A stretch of DNA of 64,000 bases, taken from a virus. A program made the position numbers and the translations under genes. The DNA lies in IMG/VR virus record IMGVR_UViG_3300031669_008155. The stretch is one strand, 5' to 3'. Under the pieces are notes generated by a model, which had not been told where the DNA came from, made no database searches, and saw only the letters and a program-made list of their open reading frames with translations. Positions 43,546 to 53,636 of this stretch are shown piece after piece. Within the stretch, counting starts at the first letter, position 1. Every line of letters begins with the position of its first letter.

Positions 43546-44619
43546 TTAAAATCTATATTTCTTAATTATCTCTGCCATTCTTTCTGATGCTTTGCCATCA
43601 TTTAACCTTTTTAATTCTTCAGGAAAATCTGTATGTTTACGTTCATCATTATTCATAGGATATATTGCTGCTTTATATATCTTATCTCTATCTGGTTCAA
43701 CCAACTTATTAGTTCCATACTTAATCGTATATTCAATATTAGTTGTATCTCTAATTGAAATACATGGTATATCTAAAACTGAAGTTTCTTGCTGTATGCC
43801 ATCTGAATCTGTAATTACAACACAAGAATGAATCATATATTTCAAGAAATCAAAGTATCCCATACCATCACTACAATCAACCATATTTAAATATTTCCAC
43901 AATTTAAATTCATCAATCATTTTTTTGGTTCGAGGATGGATTGAAAATACAACATGATATGATACTGATAACTGATATAATGCAATAATAATTTCTTTTA
44001 AATTATTCTCATTATCAACATTAGCTGGTCTATGAACTTCAACCAAAATGTGTTTTTCATTAGTTGGTGGTTCTTTTAACATCCTTGAGTAATGTAATAG
44101 ATTATCAATCATTACATCGCCCACTAAATGTATTTTAGATATATCAATACCCTCACTAAAAAGATTCAATTTATCTTTAGGAGATATAGGAAATAAATAA
44201 TCAGATATATGATCGGTGACAATTCGATTTATTTCCTCTGGCATTTTCATATCACCTGATCTCATACCAGCTTCTTGATGAGCAACAGGTATATGCATTT
44301 TAGAAGCTACAAGTGCAGCTGCCATAGTAGAATTAACATCTCCAACGACACAGACTAAACTGGGCACAGAATCAAAACAAAATCTTTCAAATCGTTCCAT
44401 TATTTTTCCAGTTTGTTCTCCATGAGGACCTGAACCAACTTCTAAATGAACTAAAGGATCTTTTAAATCAAACTCTTCAAAAAATACTTTACTCATATTA
44501 TATTCATAATGCTGCCCTGTATGGATAATTTCATATAAAAGATCATACTTTTCAAATGCTCTTGAGATTGCTGCAATCTTAATAAAATTTGGTCGTGTTC
44601 CACCAACTAAATAAATCAT
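43546..44619 (-). CDS. wecB: Non-hydrolysing UDP-N-acetylglucosamine 2-epimerase (WecB/WbpI-like)
   Basis: GTRPNFIK, HTGQH, GDVNST, EAGMRS, PEEINR, HRPANVD, TDS.GIQ.E. Confidence 0.92.
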   Translation of the reverse strand: MIYLVGGTRPNFIKIAAISRAFEKYDLLYEIIHTGQHYEYNMSKVFFEEFDLKDPLVHLEVGSGPHGEQTGKIMERFERFCFDSVPSLVCVVGDVNSTMAAALVASKMHIPVAHQEAGMRSGDMKMPEEINRIVTDHISDYLFPISPKDKLNLFSEGIDISKIHLVGDVMIDNLLHYSRMLKEPPTNEKHILVEVHRPANVDNENNLKEIIIALYQLSVSYHVVFSIHPRTKKMIDEFKLWKYLNMVDCSDGMGYFDFLKYMIHSCVVITDSDGIQQETSVLDIPCISIRDTTNIEYTIKYGTNKLVEPDRDKIYKAAIYPMNNDERKHTDFPEELKRLNDGKASERMAEIIKKYRF

Positions 44620-45476
44620 GATCTCTCCCTTATTTCTTGAACTAATCTTATAGATTTTCTTGAATCTTCAATACCAAATCCGTAACCTTTTAAGATATTT
44701 ATATATGATTCTATATGAAGTTCAGAAAATACATTATCAAATTCTATCTTCTCACGATCAACAATCATTCTTCGATAAAATTTTTGAGTTTTAATTGGAA
44801 GATCATTTCTATCAATAGATAAATACCAAATAACATTTGCTCTTTCTAATTGTAAACATCCAACAGATTTCTTTTCATCCCGACTTGTAATTTCAAATTT
44901 TTCAGCATCTCCAAATAACCATATCAATATATCGAAAAAATGAATCCCAATGTTTGTTTCAATCCCTCCAGATTCTCTTTCCCTTCCTTTCCAACTTTGA
45001 AAATACCATTGTCCTCTTGGTGTAATATATTTTAAATCAACAAGATATTTTTTATTTGAATCAATCTTACTTTTAAGTTCCTTAACATTTGGATGTAGTC
45101 TTAACTGTAAAATTGAATATACTTTTTTATTAGTTTGTTTTTCAACTATTTCGAGTTGGTCAAGATTATCAACTGTCGTTGCTAAAGGTTTTTCACATAT
45201 AACATTTGCTCCCAATCTCATTCCTAATTTACAATGGGATTCGTGTAAATAATTAGGAGAACATACAACCATATAATCCAATTGTTCATTCTTTGTGATA
45301 TGTCTATCAAATGGTTCTTGTTGTGTAAAAAATTTACAGTCTGGAAAATACTTATCAAGAATACCAACTGAATCATTTGGGTCAAGAGCAACAACCAATT
45401 CATTACCTGTATTTTTAATCGCTTCCATATGTCTTGGAGCAATATATCCACCTGCTCCGATTAATCCAAATTTCAT
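44616..45476 (-). CDS. Gfo/Idh/MocA oxidoreductase, WbpB/WlbA-like
   Basis: GAGGYIAPRH..AI, CSPNYLH, EKPL, LQLRLHP, NIGIHFFD. Confidence 0.88.
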   Translation of the reverse strand: MKFGLIGAGGYIAPRHMEAIKNTGNELVVALDPNDSVGILDKYFPDCKFFTQQEPFDRHITKNEQLDYMVVCSPNYLHESHCKLGMRLGANVICEKPLATTVDNLDQLEIVEKQTNKKVYSILQLRLHPNVKELKSKIDSNKKYLVDLKYITPRGQWYFQSWKGRERESGGIETNIGIHFFDILIWLFGDAEKFEITSRDEKKSVGCLQLERANVIWYLSIDRNDLPIKTQKFYRRMIVDREKIEFDNVFSELHIESYINILKGYGFGIEDSRKSIRLVQEIRERS

Positions 45477-45955
45477 AGTATTTCATCCTTTTCAACTTCC
45501 TTTATATACCTAGCGGGAACACCAATATATACTCCTTTTGGATTAGTGTTTTTTGTAACAACTGATCCTGCTCCAATCAAACAATTTTCTCCAATTATAA
45601 CACCAGGTAACAATGTTACACCAACCCCAATTCTTGCTGCATAACAAATTCTAGGTGGAGTATTTATATCCTTGTATGGTCTCAAATAAGCAATCTTTCT
45701 TGTATTTGAGGTCATACACCCCATTCCAATAAATACTTTATCTTCTATGACAGTGCTTTTACATATATCAGAAAATGGTCTAATTAAAACATAATTTCCT
45801 ATTCTTACATCTTCACCTATGTAACAATGAGATCTTATCTGTGTATTATCTCCTATTGTAGCTCCTTTTCTTATAAGAGTAAAGTGACCAACATAACAAT
45901 TTTTTCCCATAATCACATCAGATTCAACAACTGCAGTTGATTCAATTTTATTCAT
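45473..45955 (-). CDS. Hexapeptide-repeat acetyltransferase (WbpD-like)
   Basis: LbH repeats; GAGSVVTK, GVPAR. Confidence 0.88.
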   Translation of the reverse strand: MNKIESTAVVESDVIMGKNCYVGHFTLIRKGATIGDNTQIRSHCYIGEDVRIGNYVLIRPFSDICKSTVIEDKVFIGMGCMTSNTRKIAYLRPYKDINTPPRICYAARIGVGVTLLPGVIIGENCLIGAGSVVTKNTNPKGVYIGVPARYIKEVEKDEIL

Positions 45956-45956
45956 A

Positions 45957-47189
45957 CTATTTCCTTTTATAACTCTTAAAAAAAGATTTTTTATTCCTAT
46001 GCATTTTAAGAATAGATTGTTTATGATAAGATAAAACTGATTTGCTTTTATCTATCAAATCATTCTCAACACAATAGTTATATAACTTCGTGCCAGGAAA
46101 TGGATAGAACCATGTTACTTGAACAAAATCCGGTTCAATTTCTTTATTAAAATCAGAAGTTATTTTTGTTAATTGATCATCATTATCAAATGGCCACCCT
46201 ATCATATTGAATGAGATAGTATCTATATTAGCTTTTTTCAACAATTTAAAAGATTTTCTTATTTGATCATTAGACATAAATCTATTAAGATATTTTCGTC
46301 TAAATTTCTCATCACCACATTCTATTCCCATTGCTACGACTTTACAACCAGTTCTTTTAAGAAGATCTACCATTTCTTCATTGATACATTCAACTCTACT
46401 CATGCATCCATATGGAATATTTAATTCTCTTTTCAATGATGTAAACAAATCTCTAACATAATTCATATTAGACAACACCGTATCATCACCAAAATGAAAT
46501 CTTTTGAACTTATAATCATTTCTTAAATCTCCAAGTTCATCAATAACATCTTTTACAGGTCGATATCTAACATAATCTTTACCATACATCTTTAAAAAAG
46601 TTGAGTTACAGCAGTAAGTGCATGAATATGGACATCCCCTTGTAGCTGTTACATTCAAACTACCATTTGGATTAACAACTCTTTTGAATAATTTCCATGG
46701 AAATCTCGGAATCTTTGATAAATCCTCTGGTGGTCGTATAGGATTAGAATAAACTTTTCCATCCTTCATATAAGCTAAATTCTCTATTTCAAATAGACTA
46801 TCTTTACCATAATTATCTAAAAAATCTTTAATAAAACTTTCGCCCTCTCCTATACACAAATAATCAATGTTTCTATTATCTTTTAAAAGTTCAGGACCAG
46901 CTACAGTAGGATGAACCCCACCCATCAAAACAGGAATATTTTTAGCATCTTTGATATTTTTTATTAAAATACAAGCATCCAAGTATAATGTAGTAGTAGT
47001 AGATATCATAACAATGTCAACATTTTCTTTAACTAATATTTCAGGAAGTTTAGTGTATTTAGAATCCGTAGAGGGATTCATCATACAATAAAACAATAAC
47101 TCATGTTCTCGTGGTATAGATGCAGCTACATAACCTGCTCCTCTGACTGGGGCACCTTTTGGATCCATTGATACAAAAGCTATTTTCAT
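45957..47189 (-). CDS. B12-binding radical SAM protein
   Basis: GGVHPT, GEGE, RGCPYSCTYC, GIECG. Confidence 0.9.
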   Translation of the reverse strand: MKIAFVSMDPKGAPVRGAGYVAASIPREHELLFYCMMNPSTDSKYTKLPEILVKENVDIVMISTTTTLYLDACILIKNIKDAKNIPVLMGGVHPTVAGPELLKDNRNIDYLCIGEGESFIKDFLDNYGKDSLFEIENLAYMKDGKVYSNPIRPPEDLSKIPRFPWKLFKRVVNPNGSLNVTATRGCPYSCTYCCNSTFLKMYGKDYVRYRPVKDVIDELGDLRNDYKFKRFHFGDDTVLSNMNYVRDLFTSLKRELNIPYGCMSRVECINEEMVDLLKRTGCKVVAMGIECGDEKFRRKYLNRFMSNDQIRKSFKLLKKANIDTISFNMIGWPFDNDDQLTKITSDFNKEIEPDFVQVTWFYPFPGTKLYNYCVENDLIDKSKSVLSYHKQSILKMHRNKKSFFKSYKRK

Positions 47190-47192
47190 ATT

Positions 47193-47750
47193 TTAAACTC
47201 CTTTCATTTCTACTACAAACACTCTTTCCTCTTTTTTTCCTTGTTTATTAAAATCCTCAAGTTTTAAAACATTACCAAATTTACAAAGTTCTTCTTCTAT
47301 CCAAATAGATCTGTGTGGACCAAATTTATTTTTGTATTTTCCATATTTTTGTTGACTTGGATACATTGGTAAAGAAATAATAGCTTGTTTACAATGCTCT
47401 TTTATATCTTGTAATAACGTCATTCCTTGTTTCTTTTCTAAATGTTCTAACATATCTACAGATAAAATTAAATCATATAGATCCAACGTTTTAATAATTT
47501 TTGTGGCATCTCCTATATAAATATTATCATAGATAATTTTTTGCAACTTGGTTATATATTTTTCAAATGCTTCTATACCATCTATTTTAGTCTTCCATTC
47601 AAAATGATTTCCATAATGAATATCAGTATATTCACGAGATAGAAAACCATACTTACCAAAACCTATTCCTATATCTAATACAGATTTAGGTTTAAATTCT
47701 ATTATTTTACTACAAATATATGTAAGAGCAGCTGGAGTAGAAGTGCCCAT
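47193..47750 (-). CDS. Class I SAM-dependent methyltransferase
   Basis: VLDIGIGFGKYG, DGIE, DMLEHL. Confidence 0.85.
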   Translation of the reverse strand: MGTSTPAALTYICSKIIEFKPKSVLDIGIGFGKYGFLSREYTDIHYGNHFEWKTKIDGIEAFEKYITKLQKIIYDNIYIGDATKIIKTLDLYDLILSVDMLEHLEKKQGMTLLQDIKEHCKQAIISLPMYPSQQKYGKYKNKFGPHRSIWIEEELCKFGNVLKLEDFNKQGKKEERVFVVEMKGV

Positions 47751-48685
47751 TATATTATTTCCTCATATGTTTTTTTAAGTCGCAAACCAATACTTTCCAA
47801 ACTATGATAATTCTCAACCCACTTTCGAGTTTTATATTTTAGTTTAAGTAATTCATCTTTTGATTTTGATAATAATTTTATAAGAATACTTTCCATATCC
47901 TTTTCTGAATTAGCTATTTGAAGATAACATTTTCCATATTGTTTCTTATATTCAGATTCTCCTAAAAAATTAGTTAAAACAACTTTGCCCAATGCAGCAG
48001 CTTCAAGAGCAGTCATTCCCCAAACTCCAGTTTTGGACCATTTTTTATTTCTTTTACCTTTAGTTTTTAAACTCATTCTCTCAACATATATATCAACTGC
48101 AGACATCCGCTCAATCTGTTCTCTCCAACAAACTTTTTTATAACTATATCTATACTCAAAATCAGAAACTTTATTTCTAATATTTTCTATTATTTTTATA
48201 ATGTTATCTGATCCCTTTGTTATTCTACTTGATGGAAAGTGGGCCACTATTATCTTTTTACCTTTTGTTTCATAAATAGGTTTTATTGATTTTGTATCTA
48301 TTGGAGGTAAAATCCATTTTTCATTTTTAGCGCCAAGTCCAAATAGATCATATGTTTGTATTAATGAACAATCAACTATAGGATTAAATATTTTACATAT
48401 CCTTTCATGACCTTCTCTGAATTTTCCACCCCCATGAAAAACTACTATTTTCTTTCCTACCAAATTGATACCAAATTCTAATTTCTCACTATGCATAAAT
48501 TGTATAATATCACATTCGATAGAAAACCTTTTAGCTTCATTAACACCTATTGAAGTGCATGGATGTTTATAATTGCCCAATTTAGAAACGTAAAATTTAG
48601 CATCAACTCCAACAGACAAAAGACTTTGTGTTAAAAGATTACCAACTCCTGACCAATCATTTTTAGCAAGTAATAAAATCTTCAT
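47750..48685 (-). CDS. GT4-like glycosyltransferase
   Basis: HFPSS...KG; GMTALEAAALGKVV. Confidence 0.75.
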   Translation of the reverse strand: MKILLLAKNDWSGVGNLLTQSLLSVGVDAKFYVSKLGNYKHPCTSIGVNEAKRFSIECDIIQFMHSEKLEFGINLVGKKIVVFHGGGKFREGHERICKIFNPIVDCSLIQTYDLFGLGAKNEKWILPPIDTKSIKPIYETKGKKIIVAHFPSSRITKGSDNIIKIIENIRNKVSDFEYRYSYKKVCWREQIERMSAVDIYVERMSLKTKGKRNKKWSKTGVWGMTALEAAALGKVVLTNFLGESEYKKQYGKCYLQIANSEKDMESILIKLLSKSKDELLKLKYKTRKWVENYHSLESIGLRLKKTYEEII

Positions 48686-49596
48686 TATATACTCAATTTT
48701 TCAGTAAACTGTTTAACTCTTATAATATTATTATGATTATTTCTCACAAACTCCATTCCTTGTATAGCAATTTTTTCACGTTCCTTTTTATTATTTAAAT
48801 AATATTTTATTTTATCTTTTAAGGCATTTAAATCTTTATAAATAACTAAATGCTTTCCATCTTCAAATCCTAATCTATCCATATCAGCAGGTTTATCACA
48901 TAATACAAATGAACCACAACTTGTAAACTCTGTAAATTTCATATTAGGAGAGTTAAAAACATTATTACTAATTATACAAATTTTACTTTGATTGATACAA
49001 GTTATATACTGTTGGTGAACAACCTTTTTCATAACAGCTTTTAGTTTTAATTTACCAACTAACTTATTTACTTTTACTCTATTTGGATAAACATCATTCC
49101 TTTTAGTTGAAGATGTTAAAACATCATATATTTTTTTAATATTTAATTTCTTATAAATATTAGTATCAACTGAAAATGGAAACCAAAAAGTTGGACCAGT
49201 AAATCCAATCTCTTTTAAATACTCTGCCTGGCATCCTTGTCGATAAAATAAAATATCATAGTTATTTCTTTCTAAAAATTGTTTATATCTAGTATGCATT
49301 CCTCCTCTATATCCTCCAGAGTGGGGAGGAAAAAGATCAACAACAATATGAACTTTTTTAATTTTTATATCACCAACATTCTTAAATGGCAAAGTATATC
49401 TCAAACCATAAGTTAATAAAAGATCAAATGGACCATACTTATCTACTATTTGTGGTGCTGTCAATTTATTATTAAAATTTGAATAACCATTACCATAATA
49501 CATAACCTCATGATGTTTACCAATCTCATTTCTAAATAACTGATGCCCCCAATTATATCTACCAATTTGATTAGGACTTAATAAGAGTATTTTCAT
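48685..49596 (-). CDS. CgeB-like GT-B glycosyltransferase
   Basis: PFSVD, KFTEFTSCGSFVL, F.DG.HLV.Y, IA.QG.EFV...H. Confidence 0.75.
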   Translation of the reverse strand: MKILLLSPNQIGRYNWGHQLFRNEIGKHHEVMYYGNGYSNFNNKLTAPQIVDKYGPFDLLLTYGLRYTLPFKNVGDIKIKKVHIVVDLFPPHSGGYRGGMHTRYKQFLERNNYDILFYRQGCQAEYLKEIGFTGPTFWFPFSVDTNIYKKLNIKKIYDVLTSSTKRNDVYPNRVKVNKLVGKLKLKAVMKKVVHQQYITCINQSKICIISNNVFNSPNMKFTEFTSCGSFVLCDKPADMDRLGFEDGKHLVIYKDLNALKDKIKYYLNNKKEREKIAIQGMEFVRNNHNNIIRVKQFTEKLSI

Positions 49597-50141
49597 TTCT
49601 TAATACAACATAACCATAAAAAATTTTCTAGTATATTTTCATACACGACTCTTAATTTATATTCTTCAATATATTCACTTACTTCATAAAAAGTTATTCT
49701 TCCACTTGATTTTTCATCTTTGTGTTTATAATAATCATGACTCATCAGACAATCATCTTTCTTTAACAATGGGGCAAATCTTTTAAATTGCGGCAATTTT
49801 AAAGCACCATCATTTAATATTAAAACTCTACTAAATGATTCTAATAACCTTTCAATCATATTATTTTCATTAATATCTTCACAATAAAAACAACCATCTA
49901 ATTTATTTAATCTACTTTTAACTTTTTCACTAATATCTTTTATATCAAATGTTATAAATGTTGCAGACATTTCTTTAGATTTTTTAGCTAAATAAATAGA
50001 AAAATTTCCAGAACCAGTGCCAATTTCAATAATAGTTTTAAATTTTTCTTTGGCAAAAAATGAATCAAAAACATCCAAAACTCCCTTCTTTTGTTTCATT
50101 CCTTTTTCACGTTCTCTTAAATTTCCAACTTTAGATTTCAT
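49593..50141 (-). CDS. Class I methyltransferase-like protein
   Basis: IIEIGTGSG; HDY. Confidence 0.65.
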   Translation of the reverse strand: MKSKVGNLREREKGMKQKKGVLDVFDSFFAKEKFKTIIEIGTGSGNFSIYLAKKSKEMSATFITFDIKDISEKVKSRLNKLDGCFYCEDINENNMIERLLESFSRVLILNDGALKLPQFKRFAPLLKKDDCLMSHDYYKHKDEKSSGRITFYEVSEYIEEYKLRVVYENILENFLWLCCIKK

Positions 50142-50760
50142 ATATCATTCTCCTAATTATTAATCCTTCTGCGTGTGCATCTATATCATCTGAAACTAAA
50201 GTTGCCCAATATGCTTCCATCTTTTGTCTACGATCTAATTTGAGTGCGCCACATTTAATCTGTGATTCAAAACAATTAATCATTTCCATTTTCTTTTCAT
50301 AATCAATAAAACTAAATAAATTAGGATAAAATTCAATAGAAGAACCACAATAATAAAAGATTGTAGTTATATTTCTTTTTCGCCCAACTGATTGAGCTAT
50401 CTTTGAACAACGTATATGATCTTGGTGTGTATCATTATGATACGGAGTATATATAATATCCGGTTTCATTTGATCCAACTCTGAAATAATAAAAGCAGAA
50501 TCATCATTTGTTGAAAACATACAAAGATCATCTTTCATCAAACCATAAACTTCCATTGCTTTTAGTTGTTCATTGATTCTTATTTTTGGGTCTCCTGTTC
50601 GAAACTCATCTGTACTCATGATAATAACTTTTATTCTATCTCCATTTTCGTGGTGTCTTAATAATGTGCCTCCAATACCTGTCTCAACATCATCAAAATG
50701 AGCTCCAGTTGCTAATATTAGCTTAGGGTTTCTTGTGCCACAATTCATCTTCTCTAACAT
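50131..50760 (-). CDS. PIG-L family deacetylase
   Basis: GAHFDDVE.G.GGT, HQDH. Confidence 0.88.
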   Translation of the reverse strand: MLEKMNCGTRNPKLILATGAHFDDVETGIGGTLLRHHENGDRIKVIIMSTDEFRTGDPKIRINEQLKAMEVYGLMKDDLCMFSTNDDSAFIISELDQMKPDIIYTPYHNDTHQDHIRCSKIAQSVGRKRNITTIFYYCGSSIEFYPNLFSFIDYEKKMEMINCFESQIKCGALKLDRRQKMEAYWATLVSDDIDAHAEGLIIRRMIYEI

Positions 50761-51301
50761 CTCTCAATCTCCTCGCTGGTATCCCTGCATATACTCCATT
50801 TGGTTCGGTATCCTTATTAACAAAAGCACATGCACCAATTATACAATTTTCAGCTATTGTAATTCCGCCCATAATAATTGAATTATCTCCAAAAAACGAT
50901 CCTTCTTTTATATGTAATGCCTTTTGTGTTGCTTGTGCAGAATGATCCAGAAAAATAGTTTTCACACCCGCTGTAAAGAAATTATTATCTTCAATAATAA
51001 CATTTCTTGCAATAACTGTTCTGTATCTTAAAGTAACGTTATTTCCTATACTACAAGCTCCAGAAGATAAAACATAACTATCAATATAGCAATCGTTTCC
51101 AATTTTTGTACCCGGTTTTAATAAAACATAATTTTGAATATCAACATTATCTCCCACCACAACATCTCTCATAATTGTATTAAAGCTTCCAACTTTAATA
51201 TTTCTACCAAATATGAAATCTTGAGAAATATCATTATATTTTCCAAACATCTTTTGTTTTAGTATATTTTCCATTTCTTCATATCCTGATATACTTTTCA
51301 T
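50723..51301 (-). CDS. Hexapeptide-repeat acyltransferase
   Basis: LbH repeats; GIPARR. Confidence 0.85.
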   Translation of the reverse strand: MKSISGYEEMENILKQKMFGKYNDISQDFIFGRNIKVGSFNTIMRDVVVGDNVDIQNYVLLKPGTKIGNDCYIDSYVLSSGACSIGNNVTLRYRTVIARNVIIEDNNFFTAGVKTIFLDHSAQATQKALHIKEGSFFGDNSIIMGGITIAENCIIGACAFVNKDTEPNGVYAGIPARRLRDVREDELWHKKP

Positions 51302-51313
51302 TTTTCATCTCCT

Positions 51314-52087
51314 TTATCTCAATGAACTATCATAAGGTTTCACATATTTTGCAGGACTGCCTATATAAGTTCCCGATTCTCTTATATCTTTTAATACAAC
51401 AGATCCAGCTCCAATAATAACTTTATCACAAATTGAAATGTTACTTCTTGTTATAACCCCCTGCCATATATAACAATAATCCCCTACTGTACATCCTCCT
51501 CCCAATAAAACTCCTGGTGCAATAAAAGATCTTTTTCCAATAATACAATTATGTCCTATATTACACTTAACACAAACTTTAGTTCCCTCACCAATAATTG
51601 TAGAAGTCATTCCTGCTCGATGTACAATTGATAGTGCCTCAATGTCTACATTGTCTTCGATAATAATATTACCCATATGTTTTAAATTTATCATACTTCC
51701 ATCTGGGCATCGGCAATAAGTATTACCATGAACCCCAAATACAACACTTTCATGAATATTAACATTCTTTCCGATTATGTTTTCTTTTGGTTCTTTATTT
51801 TCATTTATTAGATTGTGGGCATAAGTAAAAACATATTCTATACTATCGGATTCATCTATAACGTGAACATTAATATTTTCAGGAAGATTCTTAATAACTT
51901 CTTCATCCATATGATATGGAACTACAACATCTAAATTTAAACCTATTTTATTAAGTCTTCTAAGATAATCAGAACTTCTGGCAAATGTTAAACTATCATC
52001 AACAGGTTCTAATATTGAGCATGTTTTATCAAATTTTAATAATTTCGCATATTTTTTTTCTACTAATCCCATCATTTTTTCTCCCAT
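51314..52087 (-). CDS. LpxD-like hexapeptide acyltransferase
   Basis: GNIIIEDNVDI, NIGHNC.IG, GSPAK. Confidence 0.8.
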   Translation of the reverse strand: MGEKMMGLVEKKYAKLLKFDKTCSILEPVDDSLTFARSSDYLRRLNKIGLNLDVVVPYHMDEEVIKNLPENINVHVIDESDSIEYVFTYAHNLINENKEPKENIIGKNVNIHESVVFGVHGNTYCRCPDGSMINLKHMGNIIIEDNVDIEALSIVHRAGMTSTIIGEGTKVCVKCNIGHNCIIGKRSFIAPGVLLGGGCTVGDYCYIWQGVITRSNISICDKVIIGAGSVVLKDIRESGTYIGSPAKYVKPYDSSLR

Positions 52088-52809
52088 TTCACAAATGTTT
52101 CTCCCTTTGGTTTTCCAAGTTTTAGTTTATTCTTCCACTCCTGTCCTTTCCTACCATCTATCATTCTCAAATCACCTTGCTTTGTATATAAACCATATTG
52201 CCAATTCTTAATATGTTCTCTCATATAATTTTGTGAAAATCTAAATTGTTTTTCAGGATTTATATTATCAACCATACATTTAAGAGCACCATCAATAAAT
52301 GCTTTTTTTATTAAAATCGGGTTCAATCCAAATTGTTTCTTCCAATCCTTAGCTAAATAAAAACCTTCCGGTTGATAAATCCATTTACAAGAAAATGTGT
52401 GTATCACTTTTACTCTTGGGGTTGAGTGTTTATACAATCTCAAGCTTGATAATTTTGGATACTTTTCATGTATAGAAATCATATCATCAATATCAATTGG
52501 TCTTAATATATTAATATCATCTTCCCAATGAAAAGCATATGGTGCCTCAACTTGTGACCAAACCCATTTAACAGCTTTAGGAAATGATGGTTCTTTAGCA
52601 ATATTATATTTAACTTCATCAAAGAATTTTTTAGCTGTTTTAACCACCTTCATTGGATCTATGTCTTCCCCTATTGGATCAACATTAATAATTAAACGAA
52701 AACCTTTTTGTTTTTTGATAACATTCTTATGTATTGTTCTAAGGGTGCTGGCAAGCATTTTTGGTCTAATAACTGCAGTCATTGTAATGTCAACTTTATG
52801 ATCAATCAT
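52072..52809 (-). CDS. GT-A (GT2-like) glycosyltransferase
   Basis: INVDP; FHWEDD DxD-like motif. Confidence 0.6.
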   Translation of the reverse strand: MIDHKVDITMTAVIRPKMLASTLRTIHKNVIKKQKGFRLIINVDPIGEDIDPMKVVKTAKKFFDEVKYNIAKEPSFPKAVKWVWSQVEAPYAFHWEDDINILRPIDIDDMISIHEKYPKLSSLRLYKHSTPRVKVIHTFSCKWIYQPEGFYLAKDWKKQFGLNPILIKKAFIDGALKCMVDNINPEKQFRFSQNYMREHIKNWQYGLYTKQGDLRMIDGRKGQEWKNKLKLGKPKGETFVKWEKK

Positions 52810-53636
52810 ATATACCTTCCAAATAATTTACCTTTATCATACAATTTGATCTCTAAATCATTTTTTGGATTTCTTATAAGAAAAGGTTGTAATCTGGGAT
52901 GTAATTCATGACCAATCCAAAACTCAACAATAAAACCAATATCAATAGTTCTGCCACCATTCTCTTTTATTAAACCAGAGTATATTCTTCCTAATTCTCC
53001 AGCTGCTACCAACCAGAAATCATATTTATTAGCAAATTCAAAAATTTTATTAGAAACATTTTTAAATGAATTTTTATATTGATTTTCATATTGACCTACA
53101 ATTTCAACAATATCAACATCATAACCATAACTTTCTAATGTCTCTTTAATTTTAGGAACTGCTGTTATAATACAAACTTTCCTATCTTTCATTAAATCTA
53201 AAATATTTCTTGTATTTTTATTAAATCTAATTGTCATTAAATAATTAGATTCTGGATTACAGTAATTTTCATTATCAATCTCAAATCTACTATATAAATC
53301 TTTCCAAATAGTTAATTTTTTAGCAGTAGAATCACTAATATTTCTAATATCAGATTTTACTCTTGGCCAAAAATATCCATCAAAATACACTTGTGCAGAA
53401 TCAATAAAATCAGCTTGTCTAGCATAATACCCCCATAGATCGAGTATCTCCAATATTCGGTTATGTGGCATTCCTTCTTTTTTCATAATTTTAGCTAAAT
53501 GACTGGCATCACCTTTTAACACAGCAGACATATATTTCAAACCGCCATCTCCAAATCTAATATGTGAAAATGGTATATCATTTTCAATACAATTTTCTAG
53601 CTTTGAAAGAATCTCTCTAACTCTATATATTTTCAT
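52806..53636 (-). CDS. GT-D-fold-like protein
   Basis: SHIRFGDG and LVAAGELG...IDIG resemble DUF1792/GT-D proteins. Confidence 0.6.
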   Translation of the reverse strand: MKIYRVREILSKLENCIENDIPFSHIRFGDGGLKYMSAVLKGDASHLAKIMKKEGMPHNRILEILDLWGYYARQADFIDSAQVYFDGYFWPRVKSDIRNISDSTAKKLTIWKDLYSRFEIDNENYCNPESNYLMTIRFNKNTRNILDLMKDRKVCIITAVPKIKETLESYGYDVDIVEIVGQYENQYKNSFKNVSNKIFEFANKYDFWLVAAGELGRIYSGLIKENGGRTIDIGFIVEFWIGHELHPRLQPFLIRNPKNDLEIKLYDKGKLFGRYI

